The translations under genes and the position numbers were made by a program. From contig JACDOJ010000007.1 in assembly GCA_017656135.1 (NCBI GenBank), positions 975-64,974 of the forward strand: a stretch of 64,000 nt of DNA, written 5' to 3'. Positions 1 through 9,898 of the stretch are shown here, in pieces. Positions within the stretch are counted from its first letter, which is position 1. Each line of letters begins with the position of its first letter. The notes beneath the pieces are model-generated. The model was not told where the DNA came from. It did not search any database and saw nothing but the letters and a program-made list of their open reading frames with translations. Source of the DNA: Bacillota bacterium (GTDB lineage Bacteria > Bacillota > UBA5301).

Positions 1-116
1 CTTCAAGTTAGATGTAATGATGATACTTTGTTGCTCATAGCTATTGAATATCACATTGAGCTCTTGTCAAAGCATTTGAAATGTGCTAAGATAGGTTTTG
101 CAATTGATGACTGAGT

Positions 117-204
117 GCCGAAGTGGTGGAACTGGCAGACGCGCTGCGTTCAGGGCGCAGTGGGCTTTACGCCCGTGTGGGTTCGAATCCCACCTTCGGC
201 ACCA
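117..204 (+). tRNA. tRNA-Leu (anticodon CAG) with long variable arm and encoded CCA
   Basis: Acceptor stem GCCGAAG/CTTCGGC, anticodon loop TTCAGGG (CAG), extended variable arm, T-arm GTGGGTTCGAATCCCAC, 3' ACCA. Confidence 0.85.
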
Positions 205-537
205 TTTTTATGCCTATAATCACCAACAAGCTCTCTAGCTGGGCTGATGGTGATTTTTTTATTCCACTAAGACATCTTGCTGTATTTTCTGTCTCCAACC
301 CCCCAGCTAGTACCTATTATCACTTATCCACTGACAGTACCAATTCTATCCGTTTTTGGCGGTACAATCCGTGAATACATTCAGTAATTCTCTCCTTTCA
401 TGATTATCGCAAAAGGCTGGAGCAACAGGGCATATAACTGTTCCACAGACTAGTTTCTAATACAGCCATTTAGCCTAATTGGAGATTGCCGGACCTGACC
501 CACGAATCGTTGTTACAGACTTTTCCGCTGGTAAAAC

Positions 538-573
538 CTTGACAATCGCACTGGTCATTGGATATCATAGAGC
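538..573 (+). promoter_or_regulatory. sigma-A-like promoter (TTGACA-18-TATCAT) driving the lysine riboswitch leader
   Basis: TTGACA at 538-543 and TATCAT about 18 nt downstream, immediately before the L-box. Confidence 0.5.
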
Positions 574-595
574 TACAATAGAAAGAAATGCCCGC

Positions 596-826
596 AGATA
601 GAGGCGCGGTGATTAAGAGTACTGTCTCTTAGGGTTGGCACCGATGAGGAGGCAGGAAAGGAATTACCGCCGAAGTGCGTGGAAACGGCCTGGTTTCCCG
701 TGCTGGCACCATGCAGAATATGTATGGTGCTGTCATGAATACGGTTTCGTATTCGTGGAGCGCTATCGGACAAGGCAAGGTAACCTTGTGGATGGTAGTA
801 GCCCACAGGGTTTTTTGTTTTTCCGG
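596..826 (+). promoter_or_regulatory. Lysine riboswitch (L-box) with intrinsic terminator (OFF switch)
   Basis: Conserved L-box blocks AGAGGCGCG (5'), GGAAAGGAATTACCGCCGAAG, and TGGAGCGCTATC (3' half of P1). A 10-bp stem AACCTTGTGG/CCACAGGGTT followed by TTTTTTGTTTTT at about 783-826. Lies 50 nt upstream of the NhaC-family gene. Confidence 0.8.
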
Positions 827-877
827 TAGACTCCGTCTGTATGGGCCAAAATCCCACAGAAAAGGAGTCGTGAACAG

Positions 878-2620
878 ATGCAGAGAAGGTTTATCCTTCT
901 ACTCTTGAGTGTACTCGTCCTGTTGACCATGTCTCTTCCGACCCTGGCAGCAGGGGCTGAATCCAACGCCGAGACTTACGGTATCTGGACCCTAGTTCCA
1001 CCAATAGTCGCCATCGCTTTGGCCTTCATCACTAAAAACGTTATTCTCTCCCTCTTTGTTGGCGTACTTTCCGGAACCTATCTCCTCCAGCTGAGCAACA
1101 CCAACTTTGTCAGCAGCCTGATTCTGGGTTTCATGGATGTCATTAGCTACGCCCTGAGTTCTTTGGCTGACTCTTGGAACGCCGGTATCATTCTTCAAGT
1201 TCTGACCATCGGCGGCTTAATTGCCCTCATCTCTAAAATGGGCGGTGCCAAAGCCGTAGCTGAAGCCTTGGCCAAAAGGGCTAAAGGACCCCGGAGCGCC
1301 CAGATTGTGACTTGGCTCATGGGCATCTTAGTCTTCTTCGATGATTACGCCAACTCACTCATCGTCGGCCCAATCATGAGGTCCGTCACCGATAAACTCC
1401 GGATCTCCCGGGAAAAGCTGGCCTTCATCGTTGACGCCACTGCCGCGCCTATCGCCGGTATCGCCCTGATTTCCACCTGGGTCGGCTACGAGATTGGCCT
1501 CATTAATGATGGCTATCTCTCCATCGGCCAACAGGTGAACTCCTACGGCATCTTCGTCCAGACCATCCCGTACCGCTTCTACAACATCCTGATGCTGGCC
1601 TTCGTTTTCTTCACTTCGTACTTCCTCCGGGACTTCGGGCCGATGTACGCTGCTGAACGCCGGGCTCGGGTTCAAGGCCAAGTGCTGTCTCCCGGGGCTA
1701 AACCCATGGTCAGCCAGGAAGCCACCGGTCTGGAGCCTGCTGAAGGCACCGTCTTAAACCCCTGGAACGCCATCATTCCGATCTTGACTCTGATCGTAGC
1801 AGCCTTTGCCGGCTTCTACTACAACGGTTACACCGCCATCATGGGTAGCGGGGACCAGAACCTGATTTCCCTGCTCAAGACCAGCCCCTTCTCCTTTCCG
1901 GCCATCAGAGAGGCTTTCGGGGCCTCTGACGCCAGTGTCGTGCTTTTCCAAGCCGCAGTTGTCGCCAGCATCGTGGCCATCGCTATGGGTATTAAGCAGA
2001 AGATCTTCGACCTTGGTGAAGCCATCGACACCTGGGTCCATGGTATGAAGTCCTTGGTCATCACCGGCGTGATCCTGCTTTTGGCTTGGTCCCTTTCTGG
2101 GGTTATTAAAGAGCTGGGCACCGCTAAGTACCTGGTAAATATGCTCTCTGATTCTGTTCCGGCTTTCCTGTTGCCGTCGCTGATCTTTATCCTGGGTTCA
2201 ATGATCTCCTTCGCCACTGGAACCTCCTACGGGACCATGGGTATCCTGATGCCTCTGGCCATCCCCTTTGCTGCAGCACTTTCGCCTGACCCCAACTTCA
2301 TCGTCATGAACGTGGGTGCTGTTTTAACCGGTGCCATCTTCGGTGACCATTGCTCCCCCATCTCCGATACAACGATCCTCTCGTCCATGGGAGCTGCCTC
2401 TGACCACATCGACCATGTTAAGACCCAGCTCCCCTACGCCATCGGAGTCGGCCTCTTCACCATCTTCTTCGGTTACTTGCCGGTAGGGTTGGGCCTCTCC
2501 ATCTGGGTGGTGCTCCCGGTTTCCATCGTGATCCTAGGCTTGGGAGTCCGGTTCTTCGGTCGTCCGGTGGAGGTCGAAACCGCCCCTGCCGGAGCCGAGG
2601 TCAGCTTGAAATCGGTTTAA
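878..2620 (+). CDS. NhaC-family Na+/H+ antiporter-like transporter (LysW-like putative lysine transporter)
   Basis: 580-aa polytopic membrane protein with signal-like N-terminus. NhaC-family sequence. Preceded by a lysine riboswitch and an AAAAGGAG RBS. Confidence 0.75.
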   Translation: MQRRFILLLLSVLVLLTMSLPTLAAGAESNAETYGIWTLVPPIVAIALAFITKNVILSLFVGVLSGTYLLQLSNTNFVSSLILGFMDVISYALSSLADSWNAGIILQVLTIGGLIALISKMGGAKAVAEALAKRAKGPRSAQIVTWLMGILVFFDDYANSLIVGPIMRSVTDKLRISREKLAFIVDATAAPIAGIALISTWVGYEIGLINDGYLSIGQQVNSYGIFVQTIPYRFYNILMLAFVFFTSYFLRDFGPMYAAERRARVQGQVLSPGAKPMVSQEATGLEPAEGTVLNPWNAIIPILTLIVAAFAGFYYNGYTAIMGSGDQNLISLLKTSPFSFPAIREAFGASDASVVLFQAAVVASIVAIAMGIKQKIFDLGEAIDTWVHGMKSLVITGVILLLAWSLSGVIKELGTAKYLVNMLSDSVPAFLLPSLIFILGSMISFATGTSYGTMGILMPLAIPFAAALSPDPNFIVMNVGAVLTGAIFGDHCSPISDTTILSSMGAASDHIDHVKTQLPYAIGVGLFTIFFGYLPVGLGLSIWVVLPVSIVILGLGVRFFGRPVEVETAPAGAEVSLKSV

Positions 2621-2637
2621 GTAGAGATGTACATGTA

Positions 2638-2670
2638 CCCCCAGGTCTCTGGAAGGCCTGGGGGTTTTTA
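2638..2670 (+). terminator. Rho-independent terminator after the transporter gene
   Basis: CCCCCAGG..CCTGGGGG hairpin followed by TTTTT. Confidence 0.7.
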
Positions 2671-2675
2671 CTTGC

Positions 2676-3590
2676 CTAGAAGTCCTGAGAGAAGACGACC
2701 TCTCCAGGACACTCCACCTCGGGGCTGGCTTTGTCCAACAGTTCGGTCAGGGGCACGATCTCATACCCGGCCGCTTCCAAACCTTCGATTATCTGCGGCA
2801 GAGCCTGAACGGTGTGTTTCCGGTTGTTCTTGGCTCCGTTGATCAGCCCGCCTCCGTCGTGAAAGAGCAGGATGTCGCCGGGCTGCACCCGGTTCAATAT
2901 ACGGTTCACCACCGCTTCCGGGCTTTTTCCCGGCATCCAATCCTCGCTGGAGAGGCTCCAGAGGACGATCCTAAGGCCCAAAAGCTCCGCCAAACGGCGT
3001 AGCTGTGCGTTATATAGTCCCCGAGGTGGGCGAAGAAACCGGGGATACTTCCCCCCGGCGTTTAAAATGGCAACTATGGTCTGGAAGATCTGGCTGGAAA
3101 GGGCGGGAGTGGAGAGAGAGGTCAGGTTGAGGTGATCGTAGGAGTGAATCCCCACCTCGTGCCCTTCGGAAACCATCCGCTCCGGAAGTTCGGGATAGGC
3201 GTCTACCTGAGAGCCTAAGAGGAAAAAGGTGGCGGGCACACCGTAGCGCCGCAAGATCTCCAGAATAGCCGGAGTGTAGGTTGGGTTTGGCCCGTCATCA
3301 AAGGTCAGAGCCACCTTTTTCTCTTCCTCGCTGCCTCGCCGGTAGATATCGGCTTGGCTGCCGAAACCATGGTAAACATAGAAGTTCCCGACTAATAGCA
3401 GCAACACTACAGCTAGTACAGGGGTACCGTAGTAAACCAGTATACTGGAAAGCGGCCCGTCCCCAACGACCCCAGCCAAGAGATAGAGTAACCCATAGGC
3501 AGCCAGAATACAGATGGTGACAATCCAACCATAGAGAAAAACCTTGCTCAAAAGCTCAAAGGCTTGTTGGTGCTGCTTCTTGAAGCTCAT
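2676..3590 (-). CDS. Polysaccharide deacetylase (NodB homology domain), membrane-anchored
   Basis: TFDDGP and HSYDH motifs; N-terminal TM segments. Confidence 0.8.
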   Translation of the reverse strand: MSFKKQHQQAFELLSKVFLYGWIVTICILAAYGLLYLLAGVVGDGPLSSILVYYGTPVLAVVLLLLVGNFYVYHGFGSQADIYRRGSEEEKKVALTFDDGPNPTYTPAILEILRRYGVPATFFLLGSQVDAYPELPERMVSEGHEVGIHSYDHLNLTSLSTPALSSQIFQTIVAILNAGGKYPRFLRPPRGLYNAQLRRLAELLGLRIVLWSLSSEDWMPGKSPEAVVNRILNRVQPGDILLFHDGGGLINGAKNNRKHTVQALPQIIEGLEAAGYEIVPLTELLDKASPEVECPGEVVFSQDF

Positions 3591-3653
3591 GATTCTCCCC
3601 CTAGACCAACCTATATTCTAATTTACGTCTCCTAGCTCGTCACCGTGCCATTT

Positions 3654-3683
3654 TTGGCATTGACACACTTGTCCAGGTATAAT
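3654..3683 (+). promoter_or_regulatory. sigma-A promoter for the leu operon (TTGGCA-18-TATAAT)
   Basis: TTGGCA at 3654-3659 and TATAAT at 3678-3683. Short leader with no T-box. Confidence 0.5.
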
Positions 3684-3770
3684 ATAGTAATTAAAAATTA
3701 CATATTGGTCTTTACCTCTCTGAAGAAGGGTTGTCCGCACAAGAAGACTAGAAGTTAGGAGGGAATTAAC

Positions 3771-5315
3771 GTGCGGAAGATCTTCGTTTTCGATACCACT
3801 CTGCGGGACGGCGAACAGACTCCAGGAGTCAGCCTCAACGCTGCCGAAAAGGTGGAAATCGCCAGGCAGCTGGAAAGGTTGGGAGTAGACTTGGTAGAAG
3901 CCGGTTTCCCTGTAGCCTCCCCCGGAGACTTTGAAGCGGTACAGCAAGTAGCCAAAACGCTGAAAAATACCGCCGTCGTCGCCTTGGCCCGAGCGGTCCC
4001 CAAAGACATCGAGGCCGCCGCCGAGGCTCTTAGGGAATCTGCATCTCCCGTCATCCACACCTTTATCGCCACCTCGGATATTCACATCAAGTACAAACTC
4101 AGAAGCACACCGGAAGAGGTTCTGGAGCGGGCGGTAGCCGCCGTCAAGCTGGCCAGAAATTACTCTGAACTGGTGGAGTTCTCGGCTGAAGACGCCACCC
4201 GCTCAGACCCCGCCTACCTTCGGGATGTCTTTGCTGCGGTGATCAAAGCCGGAGCCGGAATCATCAATATCCCGGACACTGTGGGGTATACCACTCCTGA
4301 TGAATTTGCCCAGCTCATCACCTATCTCAAAGAAAATACCCCAGGTATCGATAAGGTCCGGATTAGCGTCCACTGCCATAACGATTTGGGCCTGGCGGTA
4401 GCCAACACTCTTAAAGCGGTTTCCGTCGGAGCCAGCCAAGTGGAATGCACCATCAACGGCTTAGGCGAGCGGGCAGGTAACGCTGCCTTGGAAGAAGTCG
4501 TCATGGCCCTGCAAACCAGGAGCCAGCTCTACCAGGCCCAGACCGATGTGAACTCCAGGCAAATAGCTTTCACCAGCCGTTTGGTTTCCTCTCTAACCGG
4601 AGTCGGGGTGCAGCCCAACAAAGCCATCGTCGGCAAAAACGCCTTCGCCCACGAGTCCGGCATCCATCAAGACGGCATGTTAAAGAACCGGAACACCTAT
4701 GAGATCATGACCCCGGAATCCGTCGGCCTGACCCAAAGCCAGCTGGTCTTGGGGAAACACTCCGGCCGGCACGCCTTCAGAGCCCACTTGACGGAGTTAG
4801 GCTACTCTTTGAACGAGGAAGAACTGAACAAGGCCTACCAGCGCTTCATCGAGCTGGCAGATAAGAAAAAAGAGGTTACCGACCGAGATATCCAGGCTAT
4901 CGTTGAAGACGAAACCCAGAAGATCGAGGAGCTCTACACCTTGGAATACCTTCATATTTCCAGCGGAAACACCACCGTCCCCACCGCTACAGTGATCATC
5001 AAACATCAGGATGAACTCCTGCAGGAAGCAGCCTGTGGCGACGGCCCGGTGGACGCCGTCTACAAAGCCATTGAAAGGGCGACCGGCATCGATGTCTATC
5101 TAGAATCCTGGTCCATCGAAGCCGCCACCGGTGGAAAAGACGCCCTCGGGGAGGTCACGGCCCGCATCCTGGCCGACGGCAAATCTTACATCGGCAGGGG
5201 CAGCAGTACCGATGTCATCGTAGCCAGCGCCAAGGCCTATCTCAGAGCCCTCAATAGATACCTACAAGACACCGCATCAAACAGACCTCAAAGGAGGAAA
5301 GCAGCATGGGAATGA
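3771..5315 (+). CDS. leuA: 2-isopropylmalate synthase
   Basis: GTG start. N-terminal [10 protein letters not shown]. HxH..D catalytic TIM barrel and C-terminal LeuA regulatory domain. 514 aa. Confidence 0.9.
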   Translation: MRKIFVFDTTLRDGEQTPGVSLNAAEKVEIARQLERLGVDLVEAGFPVASPGDFEAVQQVAKTLKNTAVVALARAVPKDIEAAAEALRESASPVIHTFIATSDIHIKYKLRSTPEEVLERAVAAVKLARNYSELVEFSAEDATRSDPAYLRDVFAAVIKAGAGIINIPDTVGYTTPDEFAQLITYLKENTPGIDKVRISVHCHNDLGLAVANTLKAVSVGASQVECTINGLGERAGNAALEEVVMALQTRSQLYQAQTDVNSRQIAFTSRLVSSLTGVGVQPNKAIVGKNAFAHESGIHQDGMLKNRNTYEIMTPESVGLTQSQLVLGKHSGRHAFRAHLTELGYSLNEEELNKAYQRFIELADKKKEVTDRDIQAIVEDETQKIEELYTLEYLHISSGNTTVPTATVIIKHQDELLQEAACGDGPVDAVYKAIERATGIDVYLESWSIEAATGGKDALGEVTARILADGKSYIGRGSSTDVIVASAKAYLRALNRYLQDTASNRPQRRKAAWE

Positions 5316-6592
5316 CCCTGACCGAAAAGATCCTGGCTGCCCACGCCGGTAAAGAGCGAGTGGAACCGGGAGAACTAGTAAACTGCCGGGTGGATCTGGT
5401 CTTAGGCAATGACATCACCGCCCCTGTAGCTATAGAGGAGTTTTCCAAAATCGGCGTCAAGGAGGTCTTTGACCGGGACCGGGTTGTCCTGGTCCCCGAT
5501 CACTTCGTACCGAACAAAGACATCAAATCAGCCGAACAGGCCAAAGTACTCCGGGACTTCGCCCGGGCGCAAAACCTGACCTACCGCTTTGACGTGGGCA
5601 CCATGGGGATTGAGCACTGCCTCCTGCCGGAAGCAGGCCTGGTGGGACCAGGGGATCTGGTGGTAGGAGCCGACTCCCACACCTGTACCTACGGGGCTCT
5701 CGGCGCCTTTTCCACCGGGGTCGGCAGCACTGACCTGGCTGCAGCCATGGCCACCGGCGAAGTCTGGTTCAAAGTTCCCCAGACCAGCAAGTTTACCTAC
5801 CACGGGAAACTGCAACCCTGGGTGAGCGGAAAAGACCTCATCCTCTACACCATTGGCGAGATCGGAGTCGACGGTGCCCTCTACCAGTCCATGGAGTTCT
5901 CCGGAGAGGCCATAGCCCGGCTCTCTATGGATTCCCGGTTTACCATGGCCAATATGGCCATCGAGGCCGGAGCCAAAAACGGAATCTTCCCGGTGGATGA
6001 GATAACCGAGAGCTACATCGCCCACCGGCTGAAACGCTCATATAAAGTGTACCGCCCTGATCCGGATGCCACCTACGCCGCCGAGTACGACTTCAACGTA
6101 GAAGAAATTGAGCCTCAGGTGGCTTTTCCCCACCTACCGGAAAATACCAAGGGCATCAGCGAAGCCGCCGGAGTGGTCATCGACCAGGTAGTCATCGGGT
6201 CCTGTACCAACGGGCGGTTAGAAGACTTGAGGGTAGCTGCCAGCATCCTCAAAGGCCGGAAGGTTCATCCTGAGGTCCGGCTCATTGTCATCCCTGGGAC
6301 CCAGCAGATTTACCTCGATGCCCTTAAAGAGGGGATCATCGAAGTGTTGATCCAGGCCGGTGCCGCCGTTTCCACCCCCACCTGCGGTCCCTGTTTAGGT
6401 GGACACATGGGGATTCTGGCCAAGGGCGAGAGAGCTCTGGCTACCACCAACCGCAACTTCGTCGGCCGGATGGGACATCCGGAATCAGAGGTCTATCTGG
6501 CCGGCCCCGCCATCGCTGCCGCCAGCAGCGTCCTGGGCCGGATCGCAAGCCCCGTCGAGCTGGGTCTGAAGGAGGTATCCACTGTAGCATGA
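5306..6592 (+). CDS. leuC: 3-isopropylmalate dehydratase large subunit (short type)
   Basis: Aconitase-family motifs (GSCTNGR, CGPCLG). 428 aa. Overlaps leuA. Confidence 0.9.
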   Translation: MGMTLTEKILAAHAGKERVEPGELVNCRVDLVLGNDITAPVAIEEFSKIGVKEVFDRDRVVLVPDHFVPNKDIKSAEQAKVLRDFARAQNLTYRFDVGTMGIEHCLLPEAGLVGPGDLVVGADSHTCTYGALGAFSTGVGSTDLAAAMATGEVWFKVPQTSKFTYHGKLQPWVSGKDLILYTIGEIGVDGALYQSMEFSGEAIARLSMDSRFTMANMAIEAGAKNGIFPVDEITESYIAHRLKRSYKVYRPDPDATYAAEYDFNVEEIEPQVAFPHLPENTKGISEAAGVVIDQVVIGSCTNGRLEDLRVAASILKGRKVHPEVRLIVIPGTQQIYLDALKEGIIEVLIQAGAAVSTPTCGPCLGGHMGILAKGERALATTNRNFVGRMGHPESEVYLAGPAIAAASSVLGRIASPVELGLKEVSTVA

Positions 6593-7089
6593 AACTGACT
6601 GGACGAGTTTGGAAATTCGGCGACAACATCGACACCGATGTCATCATCCCTGCGCGCTACTTGAACTCAGCCGATCCGGCCAACCTGGCCGCCCACTGCC
6701 TGGAGGACGCAGATCCGGATTTCCCCAGCAAAGTTCAAGCGGGAGATATCATCGTCGCCGGCAAGAACTTTGGCTGCGGCAGTTCCCGGGAACACGCCCC
6801 GCTGGCCTTGAAGGCAGCAGGAGTAGCCTGTGTCATCGCTCCAACTTTCGCCCGGATTTTCTACCGGAACGCCATCAACATCGGCCTCCCGATTTTGGAG
6901 TGCCCGGAGGCTGCTCGAACCATCCAAGAAGGAGACAAAATAAGCGTGGATTTAGAAACCGGTACTATCACCCACACTGCCACAGGCAGTACCTGGCAGG
7001 CCAAACCTTTCCCATCCTTCATGCAAGAGCTGATTGGCGCCGGCGGCCTCATTGCCTACACCCGAAAGAAGGTGACCGGGCATGCCTAA
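6589..7089 (+). CDS. leuD: 3-isopropylmalate dehydratase small subunit
   Basis: 166 aa aconitase swivel domain; overlaps leuC stop. Confidence 0.9.
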   Translation: MKLTGRVWKFGDNIDTDVIIPARYLNSADPANLAAHCLEDADPDFPSKVQAGDIIVAGKNFGCGSSREHAPLALKAAGVACVIAPTFARIFYRNAINIGLPILECPEAARTIQEGDKISVDLETGTITHTATGSTWQAKPFPSFMQELIGAGGLIAYTRKKVTGHA

Positions 7090-8185
7090 GATCGCCCTCC
7101 TACCCGGTGACGGCATTGGAAAAGAAGTGGTGCGCGAAGCGGTCAAGATTCTATTAGCCGTCGGCAAGCGCTATAACCTAGATTTTGTCTTTGAAGAAGG
7201 GCTTATTGGGGGCTCTGCTTATGATGCCACCTCTTCCCCTCTTCCTCCGAAAACCATCGACCTCTGCCTTGGGGCTGATGCCGTACTTTTAGGGGCGGTG
7301 GGAGGCCCCAAGTGGGACGATCTTCCGGGAAACTTGCGGCCTGAAGCAGGCCTTTTGGGAATCCGCAAGGCCCTGGGCCTCTACGCCAATCTCCGGCCGG
7401 CCCGGGTGTTTCCCGGCTTGACTGGGGCTTCTCCCCTGAAAGAAAAGGTGGTTTCCGGAATCGATATCCTGGTGATCAGGGAACTCACCGGAGGAATCTA
7501 CTTCGGCGAGCCCCGGGGACGGGAAAAGCTGGTTTCAGGGGGAACCAAAGCCTATGACACCATGGTCTACACCACCGAGGAGGTCCGACGCATCGCCGAG
7601 CTGGCCTTCGAAATCGCGGCAAAACGCTGCGGCCGGGTGACCTCGGTGGACAAAGCCAATGTCTTGGAATCCTCCAGGCTCTGGCGGGAGGTGGTCCGCC
7701 AGGTGCACCAGAGATATCCTGACGTGGTCCTCACCGAAATGTATGTGGATAATTGCGCCATGCAGCTGGTCAGAGATCCGGGTCAGTTCGACGTTATTTT
7801 AACCACCAACCTCTTCGGGGATATCCTCAGCGATGAGGCGGCCATGCTCACCGGCTCTTTGGGTATGCTGCCTTCAGCCAGCCTAGGCGGCAGTGTCGGG
7901 CTGTATGAGCCTGTACACGGCTCAGCCCCGGATATCGCCGGAGAGAACAAGGCCAATCCTCTGGCCACCATCCTCTCAGCGGCCATGCTGCTCCGCTATT
8001 CCCTAGGACTCCATCAGGAGGCCCAGGCCATCGAAGACGCGGTAGAAGCCGCTCTCCTGGCCGGGTACCGCACTTTAGATATCGCCGCCGGCTCCTGTCA
8101 GGTAGTTAGCACTTCCCAAATGGGGGATCTGGTGGCGGGCTTCATCCGCCAGGGCAGCCAGCCTGGCAAGGCAGGTGCTCTCTGA
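7082..8185 (+). CDS. leuB: 3-isopropylmalate dehydrogenase
   Basis: Isocitrate/isopropylmalate dehydrogenase family motifs ([25 protein letters not shown]). Confidence 0.9.
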   Translation: MPKIALLPGDGIGKEVVREAVKILLAVGKRYNLDFVFEEGLIGGSAYDATSSPLPPKTIDLCLGADAVLLGAVGGPKWDDLPGNLRPEAGLLGIRKALGLYANLRPARVFPGLTGASPLKEKVVSGIDILVIRELTGGIYFGEPRGREKLVSGGTKAYDTMVYTTEEVRRIAELAFEIAAKRCGRVTSVDKANVLESSRLWREVVRQVHQRYPDVVLTEMYVDNCAMQLVRDPGQFDVILTTNLFGDILSDEAAMLTGSLGMLPSASLGGSVGLYEPVHGSAPDIAGENKANPLATILSAAMLLRYSLGLHQEAQAIEDAVEAALLAGYRTLDIAAGSCQVVSTSQMGDLVAGFIRQGSQPGKAGAL

Positions 8186-9780
8186 TGGAGAAAGAAATCA
8201 TACTCTATGATACAACACTCAGAGACGGCACCCAAGGAGAAGGCATCTCCTTCTCCTGTGAAGATAAGCTGCGCATCGCCCGGCGCCTGGACGCCCTAGG
8301 CATCACCTATATAGAAGGCGGGTGGCCCGGCTCAAACCCTAAGGACATTGCCTTTTTCCAGGAGGCAGCCAAGATCCGCTGGCAGAACGCCACCATCACC
8401 GCTTTTGGCAGCACCCGCCGGCCGGGTATTAAACCTAGTGAAGACAAGAACCTCGCCGCCATATTGGATTCAGGGGTTAAGGTAGCAACGATCTTCGGCA
8501 AGAGTTGGGATTTTCACGTCACCAACGCCCTCCGGACGACTTTAGAGGAAAACCTGGCCATGATCACCGAGAGCATTAGCTTCCTCACCTCCCACGGCCT
8601 AGAGGTCTTCTTTGATGCTGAGCACTTCTTCGACGGGTTCAAGGCCAACCCGGACTATGCCCTCCGAACCCTTCAGGCAGCAGTGAAGGGAGGTGCCAAG
8701 TGCCTCATCCTCTGCGACACCAACGGAGGCACCCTTCCGTCGGAGATCGGGCGGATTATCCAACAACTCGGTGACCTCGAGGTGCCCCTGGGGATCCACG
8801 CCCACAACGATTCGGGAGTGGCCGTGGCCAACACCCTGGTAGCGGTGGAGCACGGGGCTCGCCAAGTTCAGGGGACCATCAACGGCATCGGAGAGCGGGC
8901 AGGCAACGCCGACCTCTGCAGCGTCATTCCTAACTTGCAGCTTAAGATGGGTTTCGACTGCCTGAGCCCAGAGCAGCTGGCCACCTTGACCAAAACCTCC
9001 CGCTTTGTCTGGGAGCTGGCCAACACCCACCCGATTCCCGGCCAGCCTTTTGTGGGACGAAGCGTCTTTGCCCACAAAGGCGGTATCCACGTCAGCGCCC
9101 TGCGTCGCCACCCCGAGACCTATGAACACATTCCCCCGGAAAAGGTGGGCAACTCCCGCCGGGTGCTGGTTTCCGAGCTTTCCGGAAGCAGCAATATCCT
9201 CTACAAACTGGATGAGTACGGTCTGGACGCAGAGTCGGCCCCCTTCTCTCCCAACCGGTTGGTAAGCATCATCAAGGAGATGGAAAACCAAGGCTACTAT
9301 TTCGAAGGTGCCGAAGCCTCCTTTGAAATCCTCTTGAAAAAAGCCCTAGGCCTCTATGAGAAACTTTTCGAGCTGATTGGGTTTCGCCTGATCATCGAGA
9401 AACGCTCCGCGGACGAAGAACCGCTGGCTGAGGCGACTATCAAAGTTAAAGTAGGCGAGCAGGTCATTCACACCGTGGCTGAGGGGAACGGCCCGGTCAA
9501 CGCCTTGGACGCTGCCTTACGCAAAGCCCTGGCCAAGGTTTACCCTCAAATCAGTCAGATTCACCTCACCGACTACAAGGTCAGGGTGCTGGACGAAAAA
9601 TCCGGCACCGGGGCCAAGGTGAGAGTCTTGATCGAGTCCAGTGATAACGGCCGGGCCTGGGGAACCGTAGGAGTTTCCACCAACATCATCGAGGCCAGCT
9701 GGCGGGCTCTGGTGGACAGCATCGACTACGGCCTCCGCCTGGTGGAATCCCAGAAACTAGCGACCACTAATTCCGAGTAA
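8185..9780 (+). CDS. cimA: (R)-citramalate synthase (LeuA-family, CimA type)
   Basis: N-terminal YDTTLRDGTQGEGISFS typical of the CimA subfamily. 531 aa with C-terminal LeuA-dimer domain. Co-operonic with leuCDB. Confidence 0.8.
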   Translation: MEKEIILYDTTLRDGTQGEGISFSCEDKLRIARRLDALGITYIEGGWPGSNPKDIAFFQEAAKIRWQNATITAFGSTRRPGIKPSEDKNLAAILDSGVKVATIFGKSWDFHVTNALRTTLEENLAMITESISFLTSHGLEVFFDAEHFFDGFKANPDYALRTLQAAVKGGAKCLILCDTNGGTLPSEIGRIIQQLGDLEVPLGIHAHNDSGVAVANTLVAVEHGARQVQGTINGIGERAGNADLCSVIPNLQLKMGFDCLSPEQLATLTKTSRFVWELANTHPIPGQPFVGRSVFAHKGGIHVSALRRHPETYEHIPPEKVGNSRRVLVSELSGSSNILYKLDEYGLDAESAPFSPNRLVSIIKEMENQGYYFEGAEASFEILLKKALGLYEKLFELIGFRLIIEKRSADEEPLAEATIKVKVGEQVIHTVAEGNGPVNALDAALRKALAKVYPQISQIHLTDYKVRVLDEKSGTGAKVRVLIESSDNGRAWGTVGVSTNIIEASWRALVDSIDYGLRLVESQKLATTNSE

Positions 9781-9828
9781 ACTACTTGACTTTAATTGCA
9801 GATCCTGCTACACTAGGAACATCCAGAG

Positions 9829-9852
9829 AAAAGGCCGAGAGGCCTTTTTCCT
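9829..9852 (+). terminator. Rho-independent terminator after cimA
   Basis: AAGGCCGAGAGGCCTT hairpin followed by TTTTC. Confidence 0.7.
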
Positions 9853-9898
9853 CGGCAAATGATTGAGAACAATTTTCAATTTCAACGGAGGAATTGAG

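Noticed and set aside
123-374. 83-aa ORF starting inside tRNA-Leu
   Set aside because: Begins within the tRNA sequence. The region is otherwise non-coding with no RBS.
8599-9291. 230-aa ORF antisense to cimA
   Set aside because: Entirely embedded opposite a strongly supported CimA coding region. Composition is a typical mirror-frame artefact of a high-GC gene. No RBS.
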